A stretch of DNA of 64,000 nucleotides from Blastocatellia bacterium (lineage in GTDB: Bacteria > Acidobacteriota > Blastocatellia > UBA7656). Below are positions 29,901-38,517 of the stretch, piece after piece. Below the pieces are notes generated by a model that was not told the DNA's origin, ran no database searches, and saw only the letters and a list, made by a program, of their open reading frames with translations. Location: the NCBI GenBank assembly GCA_035293105.1, contig DATDOV010000054.1, positions 16,977-80,976 of the forward strand, written 5' to 3'. Positions within the stretch are counted from its first letter, which is position 1, and each line of letters begins with the position of its first letter. Position numbers and translations under genes: made by a program.

Positions 29901-31888
29901 CGGGGAACTGCTCGTACATCATCACGGTGATTGACGCGCAACTGCCGAGCCTAACGTGTCCGGCCAATATCGCGGTCGACGAATCGTCGCCGGGCTCCGG
30001 GTCCGCTACGGTGACCTACACGACGCCGACGCCAACCGATAACTGCCCGATGCCGACGGCTTCTTGTAGTCCCGCGTCGGGATCGAGCTTCCCGGTTGGC
30101 ACGACTACCGTTACGTGCACGGCGACCGACATGGCGGGTAATACAAACACATGCACGTTTACGGTGATGGTGAATCCGCTGTGTGCTCTGATGTGCAATC
30201 CGAACATAACCACCTCGACCGACCCAAATTTGTGCGCGGCTGTCGTCACTTACTCGGCTCCGACTGTCAGCGGGTCGTGCGGAGAGGTCACGTGCAGTCC
30301 TGCTTCGGGCTTCGCGTTCCCGAAGGGCGTGACCACGGTGACGTGCACGTCGATGGTGGGACCGTCCTGCATGTTCACCGTCACAGTCAACGACACTCAG
30401 AACCCGACTTTGAATAATTGTCCGACGAACGTGACGACCTCGACTGATCCCGACGTTTGCACGGCAGCGGTCACCTATACGGATCCGACGGCGAGCGACA
30501 ATTGTCCGGGAGTGGGCACTCCCACTTGCAGTCCGGCTTCGGGCTTCGCGTTCCCGAAGGGCACCACTACCGTGACCTGTTCGGTGATGGATGCATCGGG
30601 AAATTCGGCGTCGTGCGACTTCACGGTCACGGTCAACGACACTCAGAACCCGACGTTGAACAACTGTCCCACGAACATCACGACGTCCACGGACCTGAAT
30701 ATGTGCACGGCGGTCGTGAACTACACTGATCCGACGGCCACCGACAATTGTCCGGGTGTGGGCACCCCGAGTTGCAGCCCAGCATCGGGTACCGCCTTCC
30801 CCAAGGGCACTACAACCGTGACGTGTTCGGTGACCGACGCCGTAGGCAATCCGGCCTCGTGCAGCTTCACGGTGACGGTCAACGACACGCAGAACCCGAC
30901 GATCACATCGTGTCCGTCGAACATTGTCACGACAACTGACCCGGGGCTGTGTACGGCGGTCGTCATGTACAGCCCAACGGCGAGCGACAACTGTCCCGGC
31001 GTCACCGTCGCCTGCAACCCGGCGTCGGGCTCGGCTTTCCCGAAGGGCACGACGACGGTTAGTTGCACGGCGACTGACACGTCGGGCAATCAATCGACCG
31101 CGTGCATGTTCACGGTCACGGTCAACGACAACGAGATGCCGAGCATAGCGTGCCCGGCCAACATCACGACTCCGACGGCTCCGAACCTGTGCGAGGCGGT
31201 CGTGAACTACACGGTCATGGCATCGGACAATTGCCCGGGTGTGACGGTCGCCAGTAATCCACCGTCGGGGTCAGCCTTCCCGAAGGGTACGACTACCGTG
31301 ACCGCTACGGCGACTGACGTGTCGGGTAACCAGAAGAGCTGCAGCTTCACGGTAACGGTCGTGGATATGCAGATGCCTTCGATCACCTGCCCGGCCAACA
31401 TTGTCACGGCGAGTGAAGATCCCGGCGGTACGACGGTGCAGGTATTCTATCCCGCGCCGATGGCGAGCGATAACTGCCCGGGCGTGGGAGTCGCGTGCGT
31501 GCCGCCTTCCGGGTCATTCTTCCCGCGGGGGACGACGACGGTGACCTGCACGGCTACTGACACGTCGGGCAACGCGAAGATGTGCTCATTCACGATCACG
31601 TTCTTCGACGTGTGTATCGAGAACGAGTCCCCCTTCGCGGCGATGATGTGGAACTCGGCGGACGGCCAGTACATGGTCTGCTGCGGCGGAAACAAGTACA
31701 CGGGCAAAGGAACGGCAACCAGGATGGGCAATATCTTCACGCTGACGCATCTCGTCGGGAACCGTCGGATCAATGGCACTGCGGATAAGGGCGCCAATCG
31801 AGGCACCGGGGCCGTCAAGAATGGTACTGTCACGGCTTGCAGCATCTACGACAGGAACCTCCGCAACAACACAGGACTGTGCCCATGA
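23975..31888 (+). CDS. Giant secreted adhesin-like protein (2637 aa): DUF11, cadherin-like, long parallel beta-helix, second DUF11, ~11 HYR repeats, Cys-rich C-terminal domain
   Basis: Signal/anchor [24 protein letters not shown]. DUF11-like [36 protein letters not shown]. Cadherin-like [11 protein letters not shown]...[14 protein letters not shown]. Hundreds of aa of G/N/T/S-rich beta-helix coils. HYR repeats CP..F.V.TDP..C.A.V.......DNC......C.P.SGS.FP.G.T.V.C.A.D..GN...C.F.V.V.D. Confidence 0.9.
   Translation: [2637 protein letters not shown]
28430..31600 (+). repeat. Intragenic array of ~240-bp HYR-encoding tandem repeats with near-identical DNA stretches
   Basis: Recurring segments such as GTCACGGTCAACGACACTCAGAACCCGAC at ~30370, ~30640 and ~30880, and the peptide [14 protein letters not shown] repeated. 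The array is interrupted by a ~170-aa non-HYR insert (~29160-29700). Confidence 0.7.
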
Positions 31889-32241
31889 TGTGTTGGCCCG
31901 TGCGTTGTGGTTCAGTGCCTTAGTCGGCGGGGGCTGGTTGCGGCGCAACCAGCCCTCAGTCCGTGGCTCCGCTCGCAAGTGTGCCGCGACAATAAAGCAC
32001 ACTTTAACAAGCCGTCTCCCAAGGTTGGACGCCCGCAATGAGCGGCGTGAAGCCTATAACGCGATCACGGTGGCGCAGTTGACATGGGTCGGCGACTGTC
32101 GTAGGGTTCTGACCGAAACATACGGTTGACCCAGTTGTCACGCCTTTTTCCCGGACTGATAGAAGAATGATCGCCTGAGCACATCACAGGGCGATTCGAG
32201 CAGTCACACCGCTACGAGAGTTCATCAAGGAGGAAGACGTA

Positions 32242-34956
32242 ATGAGGTACTTCAAGCTGTCACTCGGTTGCGTATTCGTGCTGGCGACGCTGGCCGCCGT
32301 TACGCGGATGTCCTCTGGCTACGCAGCTCAAAGCCCCGGTCAGTCGGCTCCTCCCTGCGTCATTCCGGCTGATCCTTGCACGTGGCCGCTGCCGCTGCCA
32401 AGCCAGGTAGGCATCGACTGCTATGAGAAGATAATCGGTGAGTTCCTTCAGAAGGGGTGTTACAAGAACTGGGCCCAGGACCGCGAGATCCGCGACACCG
32501 GTCCATTCATCGATGCGAGCACCGACACGACGCAAGGGCTCAGCTACGGCACTCATAGCGCGGTGAAGATATACTACTCGCCCGAAGTCTGGGAGTGGCT
32601 GACACACGGACGGCGGGGCGAGATCAAAGACGGCGCCATCATCATCAAGGAGGGCTACCCTTCGCCGGCCCAGCAGAAGATCACAAAGAACTACACGATG
32701 CAGGGCTACACGATAATGGTCCGGGATAGCAAACAATCGTGGGATGGCTGGTATTGGACTTCGGGCATCGGAGTCGGTAATGCCTATAAGCCGCCCTTCA
32801 ACTACCCCAACGCCGGCTACGGCCAGTATTGCATCAACTGTCACGCGTCGGCGGACAACCCCGCGTCCACCTACTCGGCGCTCAGGAACATCGTCGGCGA
32901 TCCTATCACGTACCTGCGCGTTCTGCCTTCGATGGACCCGACCGAGGGCATTGATGAGGGAGCCCACGAACGCAAACACCGCTTCGCAATGCTGAAGGCC
33001 GCTCGCGGTTCTGCTCAACCGCCGCCAAGCAGGGAATTCATGGCGCTCTACAACTCAATCAAAGAGAGCGATATTCCTACGCCGCATGACCTGCCATCGG
33101 AAAGCTGGGACCACGTCGTGCAGGGCCCGCGCCCCGAGGGCCAGAAGATGTTCGTCACCTCCGATCAGTGCATCGGGTGTCACGACGGAACGCAGAGCAA
33201 CTCGGCGCTGCCGAACATGATCTATACTCCGGTCGGGGCCAACATCAATATCAACCTGTCACCGTATGGCGAGTGGCGCGCGTCGATGATGGGACTATCG
33301 GGGCGCGATCCGATCTTTTACGCGCAGCTCGAGACCGAACGAACTTTGCACCCCGAGCTTGGGCCCCAGATCGACAACAAATGCCTGAGCTGTCACGGCG
33401 TGATGGGCCAGCGGCAATTCTTCAATGACAAACACCGCCCGTTCACTCACGATCTGGTGCTCGCGACGCCCGACAACAATCTGGCTCCGGAAGCCGCATA
33501 CGGGGCGCTCGCCCGCGACGGCGTCTCCTGCATGGTGTGCCACCGGATACTTGCCGACGGCCTGGGGACCGAAGAGACCTACACCGGCAAGTTCAAGCTC
33601 GCGCCCAAACCCGACGAGGTCTACGGCCCTTTCGAGAAGGTCGTCGCCTTTCCGATGAAAAACGCTCTCGGCCTGACTCCCCTTAAAACCAAGGACAATC
33701 AGATAACGAGGTCCGATCTGTGCGGGTCGTGCCACATCGTCGAAGTGCCGGTGTTGAACGTCGGCGAGAAATATCCGCCCGACGCGCTCGATCATCCGAA
33801 GAAGATCGCGCACGAGCAGTCGACCTACTTCGAGTGGCGCAACAGTATCTACTCCGACGAAACCAAACCCGTGCCCTCGACGGCGAAGACTTGCCAGGAT
33901 TGCCACCTCCCAAATCAATACAAGGGCGATACGCTGAAGTTCCGCATCGCCAACATCGAAGACAACACCTTCGCCTACGTCGACAATCGCGCGCCCGACG
34001 AAGAGATCACGTTGATGGTTCGCGGCAAAGAGAAAGGCGAATCCTACCGCCGCCACCTGCTGGCCGGAATAAATCTGTTTGCCAATCAGATGTTCCAGCA
34101 GTACTGGGACTCGATCGGGATTCGAAACTCGGATCCGATGGCGACTTTCGGCAATCCCCAGCCCGGGCTTGAGACAGCCGAGGCGGCGGGACTCGACCTG
34201 GCAACTCAAGAAACCGCCAAGATCGAGATCGTGTCGGTTAACAAGACGGCGAGGGGGCTCGAAGCCAAAGTGAAGGTCACCAATCTGGCCGGGCACAAGT
34301 TTCCGTCGGGGGTTGGCTTCAGGCGCGCGTTCATCGAATTTCAGGTATTGGACGCCAGCGCCAACCGGTTATGGGCCTCGGGACTGACTTCGGACCTCGG
34401 CGTGATTCTCAACGGACTGACCGGCAAGCCGCTCCCGACGGAGTTCTTCGACGCCGGACCCGACGGAAAACAGATGTATCAGAAGTATCACGAGACGATC
34501 ACTCGTGGGGATCAGGTTCAGATCTACGAAGAGCTCACGCGCGACAACCGAGGCCAGTTCACGACGAGCTTTCTCAGCCTGGACCATCAGGTGAAGGACA
34601 CGCGCGTGATGCCGCAGGGCTGGAGCCCCACTGGTCCACAGGCAAAGATAACCGAGCCCGACGGCGGAGACGGTGCGCCAGTAGGCAAGAGTTACTATGA
34701 CGGAAGCGGCTCGGATGTGGTGACCTACAAGGTCGATCTTGGCGGCAACGCGTCGCGCGCATCGGTGGTGGTAGCGACCATCTATTACCAGTCGATACCG
34801 CCGTACTACTTGCAGCAGCGATTCACCACGTCCCCGGACAAACCGTTCACGCGGAACCTATGGTATTACGGAAGCCGGCTGATGACTAATGCCCCCGGCT
34901 CGCCGATCAACTCGTGGAAGCTGAAGATCGTCACCGCGTCGAAGAAGCTTCGGTGA
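32242..34956 (+). CDS. Secreted multiheme c-type cytochrome (6 CxxCH, 904 aa)
   Basis: Signal peptide. Heme-binding motifs CINCH, CIGCH, CLSCH, CMVCH, CGSCH and CQDCH. AAGGAGG RBS. Confidence 0.85.
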   Translation: MRYFKLSLGCVFVLATLAAVTRMSSGYAAQSPGQSAPPCVIPADPCTWPLPLPSQVGIDCYEKIIGEFLQKGCYKNWAQDREIRDTGPFIDASTDTTQGLSYGTHSAVKIYYSPEVWEWLTHGRRGEIKDGAIIIKEGYPSPAQQKITKNYTMQGYTIMVRDSKQSWDGWYWTSGIGVGNAYKPPFNYPNAGYGQYCINCHASADNPASTYSALRNIVGDPITYLRVLPSMDPTEGIDEGAHERKHRFAMLKAARGSAQPPPSREFMALYNSIKESDIPTPHDLPSESWDHVVQGPRPEGQKMFVTSDQCIGCHDGTQSNSALPNMIYTPVGANININLSPYGEWRASMMGLSGRDPIFYAQLETERTLHPELGPQIDNKCLSCHGVMGQRQFFNDKHRPFTHDLVLATPDNNLAPEAAYGALARDGVSCMVCHRILADGLGTEETYTGKFKLAPKPDEVYGPFEKVVAFPMKNALGLTPLKTKDNQITRSDLCGSCHIVEVPVLNVGEKYPPDALDHPKKIAHEQSTYFEWRNSIYSDETKPVPSTAKTCQDCHLPNQYKGDTLKFRIANIEDNTFAYVDNRAPDEEITLMVRGKEKGESYRRHLLAGINLFANQMFQQYWDSIGIRNSDPMATFGNPQPGLETAEAAGLDLATQETAKIEIVSVNKTARGLEAKVKVTNLAGHKFPSGVGFRRAFIEFQVLDASANRLWASGLTSDLGVILNGLTGKPLPTEFFDAGPDGKQMYQKYHETITRGDQVQIYEELTRDNRGQFTTSFLSLDHQVKDTRVMPQGWSPTGPQAKITEPDGGDGAPVGKSYYDGSGSDVVTYKVDLGGNASRASVVVATIYYQSIPPYYLQQRFTTSPDKPFTRNLWYYGSRLMTNAPGSPINSWKLKIVTASKKLR

Positions 34957-35123
34957 AGGGGTTCGAGGACTTGAGAACCTGGACATTGGCGAAGACAATA
35001 CTCACCTCGCGAGAGGTGAGTAGCTGATGGTGTAGCCTATGTCTTGCGGGCTCCACTGCGAGAAGCTTCTGCGGGCTCAGAGCATCATTGACCACTTCTC
35101 GCTGAGTAGGCCAAGGGATTCGC

Positions 35124-36392
35124 GTGGGCGCGACAAGAAACATCCTCGTTGTAGACCTCAACGCCTGGGACCGGGCGCACTTCATGCCGACACCGGCTCG
35201 CTGGGCGAAGAAATACAACGTGATCCTCCACGAACCCGATGATGGCTGCGACGTGACGCGTGATCCCCTCGGCTTCATCGATCGCACGATCGATCGGTTC
35301 AAGAGGAAGCCCATTCACGGCGTCGTCAGCTCGAGCGATTTCCCCGGTTGCATAGTCGCTTCCGCGATCGCCCGCGAACTTCGGCTTCCGGCCCCTTCCC
35401 CTCAGTCCGTGCTGCGATGCTCTCACAAGTACGTCTCTCGCCTCGCACAAGCCGAAGTCGTTCCGGAGGCGACACCCCGCTTTGCGCTCCTGTCAACGCG
35501 CTCCGAAGCTGCGGCCGGCCTTCGATTCCCGCTCTTCGTGAAGCCAATAAAATCGTGGTACTCAGTGCTCGCGCGCAAAGTTGATAGTGCGGCCGAGTTG
35601 AAGTCGTTCCTCTCGCAGCCCACGGTGAAGCGATTCGAGCGCCAGTTTCTGCGGCCCTTCAAACGACTGGCCCGACGGTACGCGGACTTCGAGGCCAACG
35701 GCGGCTCGTTTATCGCCGAAGAGGTCATGCACGGCAGCCAGGCGACGCTGGAGGGGTTTGTGTCCGATGGCGAGGTGGAAACCATCGGCATCGTAGACTC
35801 GGTAATGTATCCCGGGACCATGAGCTTCGAGCGATTCGAGTATCCGTCGTCGCTGCCCAAGCGCGTTCAGGAGAGAATGCGCGACCTAGCCGCGCGAGTG
35901 ATGAAACACATCGGGTACGACAACGGCATATTCAACATCGAAATGTTCTACGACCGCGCCCAAAACCAGGTGCGAATCATCGAGATCAATCCGCGGATGG
36001 CGGGCCAGTTCGCCGACCTCATGGAAAAGGTCGACGGCACGAACACCTACGACCTCCTCCTGGCGCTGGCGTCGGGCGAACGGCCGCGGCTCGACCGGCG
36101 AAAAGGCGCACTCAAGGTTGCGGCCAGCTTTGCGTTGCGCTCGTTCAGAGACGAGATGGTCGCGCGCGTGCCCGACGAAGCCCGGATCGCGCGAGTGAAG
36201 CGACTTTTTCCGCGGACCGGCGTTTACGTCTTCGTCCGTGAGGGCCAGCGGCTTTCGGAGTTCGAACATCAGGACGATCTCGACAGCTACTGCTATGCCG
36301 TGATGAACATGGGCGCCGAAGATCGGAGATCGCTGGTAAAGGCATACCGGCAGGCAAGGCAGCACCTGGAATTCTCGTTCGCGGCCGACTGA
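35124..36392 (+). CDS. ATP-grasp superfamily carboxylate-amine ligase, specificity unknown
   Basis: ATP-grasp fold hallmarks FPLFVKPIKSWYS and IIEINPRMAGQ (cf. D-Ala-D-Ala ligase E.N..PG). 422 aa. The start codon is uncertain (GTG at 35124). Confidence 0.7.
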   Translation: MGATRNILVVDLNAWDRAHFMPTPARWAKKYNVILHEPDDGCDVTRDPLGFIDRTIDRFKRKPIHGVVSSSDFPGCIVASAIARELRLPAPSPQSVLRCSHKYVSRLAQAEVVPEATPRFALLSTRSEAAAGLRFPLFVKPIKSWYSVLARKVDSAAELKSFLSQPTVKRFERQFLRPFKRLARRYADFEANGGSFIAEEVMHGSQATLEGFVSDGEVETIGIVDSVMYPGTMSFERFEYPSSLPKRVQERMRDLAARVMKHIGYDNGIFNIEMFYDRAQNQVRIIEINPRMAGQFADLMEKVDGTNTYDLLLALASGERPRLDRRKGALKVAASFALRSFRDEMVARVPDEARIARVKRLFPRTGVYVFVREGQRLSEFEHQDDLDSYCYAVMNMGAEDRRSLVKAYRQARQHLEFSFAAD

Positions 36393-36460
36393 GGCCGGCG
36401 CCGGCTGGGCGAGGAAGTCTCGGCCGTGTGCAGAGAACGCGAGGGACTACGGGCCGCTTC

Positions 36461-37084
36461 TTACGATGTGGGTATGCCGGAGTCTAATGAGGAAGCTCGG
36501 CGATGCGCGTAGACTTTACTGGTCGTCTTCTCAAGAATCGTGCACGCGCCGATTCGGAACGCACTCACGAACAAGACCTCGTCTGACATCAGAGCCGCGC
36601 GGAACGACGAGTTGGCAATGGAGCCAGCCGCGCGCACCGCCGCAAACGTCAGTCCGGCATAAGCTACCAACAGTGCCGATGTGACGTGTCCCATCACGAC
36701 GAGGTCGGCGAATACTACGACGGCCGCGGCGCCTCCTGCCGTCACCCATTTTCGAATCCGGGACGCCGGTTGTGATAGATAGAACGAGAGCGCCTGAATC
36801 GGGACTGCCGCCAAGAGCCAGTAATCCCTCAACCAGACGGTCACGGCCATCGAGGCGACGGCGGCAGCTAACAGCAGCAACGAGAGAGCCGAGATGAACG
36901 TCTTCTTAGCGCGGGTGTTGAATGTATTCGACCACTCGGCAGCCGCCAGCGAATCGACCCCAACCTTGAAGCTCTTATCGCGGACTGCCTGCTGAAGCTG
37001 AGGGTAGGTCTCGAATGGAAAGTTCGGCAATCCTGCAACGGTGGCGTCTTCGCCGGCTTGCTGAAGGTCGACCATCCGTCCCAC
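36461..37084 (-). CDS. Integral membrane protein, hypothetical (distal gene of the respiratory operon)
   Basis: Four hydrophobic helices; abuts the DUF420 gene with no gap. Confidence 0.5.
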   Translation of the reverse strand: MGRMVDLQQAGEDATVAGLPNFPFETYPQLQQAVRDKSFKVGVDSLAAAEWSNTFNTRAKKTFISALSLLLLAAAVASMAVTVWLRDYWLLAAVPIQALSFYLSQPASRIRKWVTAGGAAAVVVFADLVVMGHVTSALLVAYAGLTFAAVRAAGSIANSSFRAALMSDEVLFVSAFRIGACTILEKTTSKVYAHRRASSLDSGIPTS

Positions 37085-37519
37085 CTAAGGAGTCGCCGGA
37101 TACCAGTGATACAGCATGAAGTAAACCAGAACGCCGGTGACGGAGACGTACAACCAAATTGGGAAGGTCCACCTCGCGATCTTCTTGTGCCGGGCGAAGT
37201 CGCCGCCGAGCGCCCGCCGCAGTGTGATGATGACGAACGGCACGATCGTTATCGCCAGCAGCGTATGCGAGCCGAGCAGCACGAGATAGAACGGCCGCAC
37301 CCAGCCCATCCCGCTCTCCTGAGTGCTCTTCGCCCCGTGCTGAAAGTGGTAGATCACGTACGAGGTCAGAAACACGAGGGACGTTATGACCGCCGCGATC
37401 ATGCACGCACGGTGGGCCTTTACTCGCTTGCGGCGGATCAGCAGGTAGCCCGACACGACGAGAATCCCACTCGTCGCGTTCAGCATCGCGTTGAGAGCCG
37501 GATGGAAGTCGTTCGGCAT
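37085..37519 (-). CDS. DUF420 family membrane protein (CtaM-like oxidase-associated)
   Basis: 144 aa, 4 TM, with conserved His and Trp pattern (YHFQHG..., HKKIARWTFPIW). DUF420 genes are typically found beside aa3 oxidase operons. Confidence 0.6.
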   Translation of the reverse strand: MPNDFHPALNAMLNATSGILVVSGYLLIRRKRVKAHRACMIAAVITSLVFLTSYVIYHFQHGAKSTQESGMGWVRPFYLVLLGSHTLLAITIVPFVIITLRRALGGDFARHKKIARWTFPIWLYVSVTGVLVYFMLYHWYPATP

Positions 37520-37582
37520 ATTGAAGGTGAGTCAGAAGCTCGGCACGGTCGGCGGGATCGTCGCAAACGCGCCTCGACTCCT

Positions 37583-37837
37583 CTATCCCGGTTGGTCGTC
37601 CTTGCCCTCGTCGCGGTACTTGTAAACCGCGCCGAATATGCCGGCGAAGATCAAGACTGCGGGAATCAGCAGGACCAGCACCGCCAGGTTGATCCCTCCA
37701 GCCATCGATGCGCCCTCGGTTGACGCTTCTATCGACTGCTTGCACATCGGGCATTGAGCGAGCGCCGGCTCCCACGCGGCGAGCGTCGCGACGACAACCG
37801 CCAATCCCATCGTCACCAGCCCCTTGATTCGATTCAT
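37583..37837 (-). CDS. Small two-TM membrane protein with a CPMC motif
   Basis: MNRIKGLVTMGLAVVVATLAA...QCPMCKQ...LAVLVLLIPAVLIFAGIF. The start was chosen at the internal ATG. Confidence 0.4.
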   Translation of the reverse strand: MNRIKGLVTMGLAVVVATLAAWEPALAQCPMCKQSIEASTEGASMAGGINLAVLVLLIPAVLIFAGIFGAVYKYRDEGKDDQPG

Positions 37838-37866
37838 AACTCCCTTTGCACCCGGCGTGTGGGTTA

Positions 37867-38448
37867 TCACTTCCCCGCGAGCCTGAATATTCGGAAGCTG
37901 TCAGGGAAGAGTATGGCAAACAGGCACAGCAGCACAATCAACGTCGGGACGATCGTCAAGATCAGGCTGAGCCGCTCGAACTTCAGGTGCATGAAATACG
38001 ACATGATGAGCGCCGCCTTTACGATCGACAGGCCCATCAGGATTATCAGCATCAGAGTCAGATCCACCTTCTCGTAGGCGAGAAAAACCTCCAGCGCGGT
38101 CAGGCCCAAAAGCACGCCCCAAACCACCGCGTTCTGGGTGTTGCTGCCACCATGCGCTTCTTCCATGTGCGCCGCCTCCAAGTTTCCGGCCGGTTCCTCC
38201 TCGCTCTCCTTGAACGGATTGCGAAGCCAGCCGTTATTGTAAGCCCAAATCAACGGGTTGATACCGAACACCAATGAGAGGAGCAGGCAAGTGAGGACCA
38301 AGAACAGGTCATCGACGCCGGCTTTGAACATATCAGTGATGAGGGTCCAGACCGCGACCGCCAAAGTTCCCACTGCCAGCGTCGCCAGCAGCAGGTTCAA
38401 CCTCGTGACCTCTTTGCTCTTAGGCTGCTCCATCAATTCACTCCTCAC
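37867..38448 (-). CDS. Cytochrome c oxidase subunit IV-like (bacterial CoxD/CtaF family) with an N-terminal two-TM extension
   Basis: C-terminal VWGVLLGLTALEVFLAYEKVD...SIVKAALIMSYFMHLKFE matches prokaryotic subunit IV (MHLK motif). Confidence 0.6.
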   Translation of the reverse strand: MRSELMEQPKSKEVTRLNLLLATLAVGTLAVAVWTLITDMFKAGVDDLFLVLTCLLLSLVFGINPLIWAYNNGWLRNPFKESEEEPAGNLEAAHMEEAHGGSNTQNAVVWGVLLGLTALEVFLAYEKVDLTLMLIILMGLSIVKAALIMSYFMHLKFERLSLILTIVPTLIVLLCLFAILFPDSFRIFRLAGK

Positions 38449-38517
38449 ATCTCAAGGTCTCCTGTCGCGCTCGACTCGCCGCGACCGGCGACTATTTCTC
38501 AGGGTGCGGCCCGAATA

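Noticed and set aside
29951-31093. 380-aa Arg-rich reverse-strand ORF inside the giant adhesin gene
   Set aside because: Extremely R-rich (RRRR runs) with no motifs. It is antisense to well-supported HYR repeats.
28430-31600. Possibility that the periodic ~240-bp repeats are a CRISPR-like or satellite array
   Set aside because: The repeats are in-frame, encode HYR domains and lack short identical repeat-spacer organisation. They are protein-coding tandem domains.
32260-34296. Reverse-strand ORFs (252 and 333 aa) inside the hexaheme cytochrome gene
   Set aside because: Antisense shadows; no motifs.
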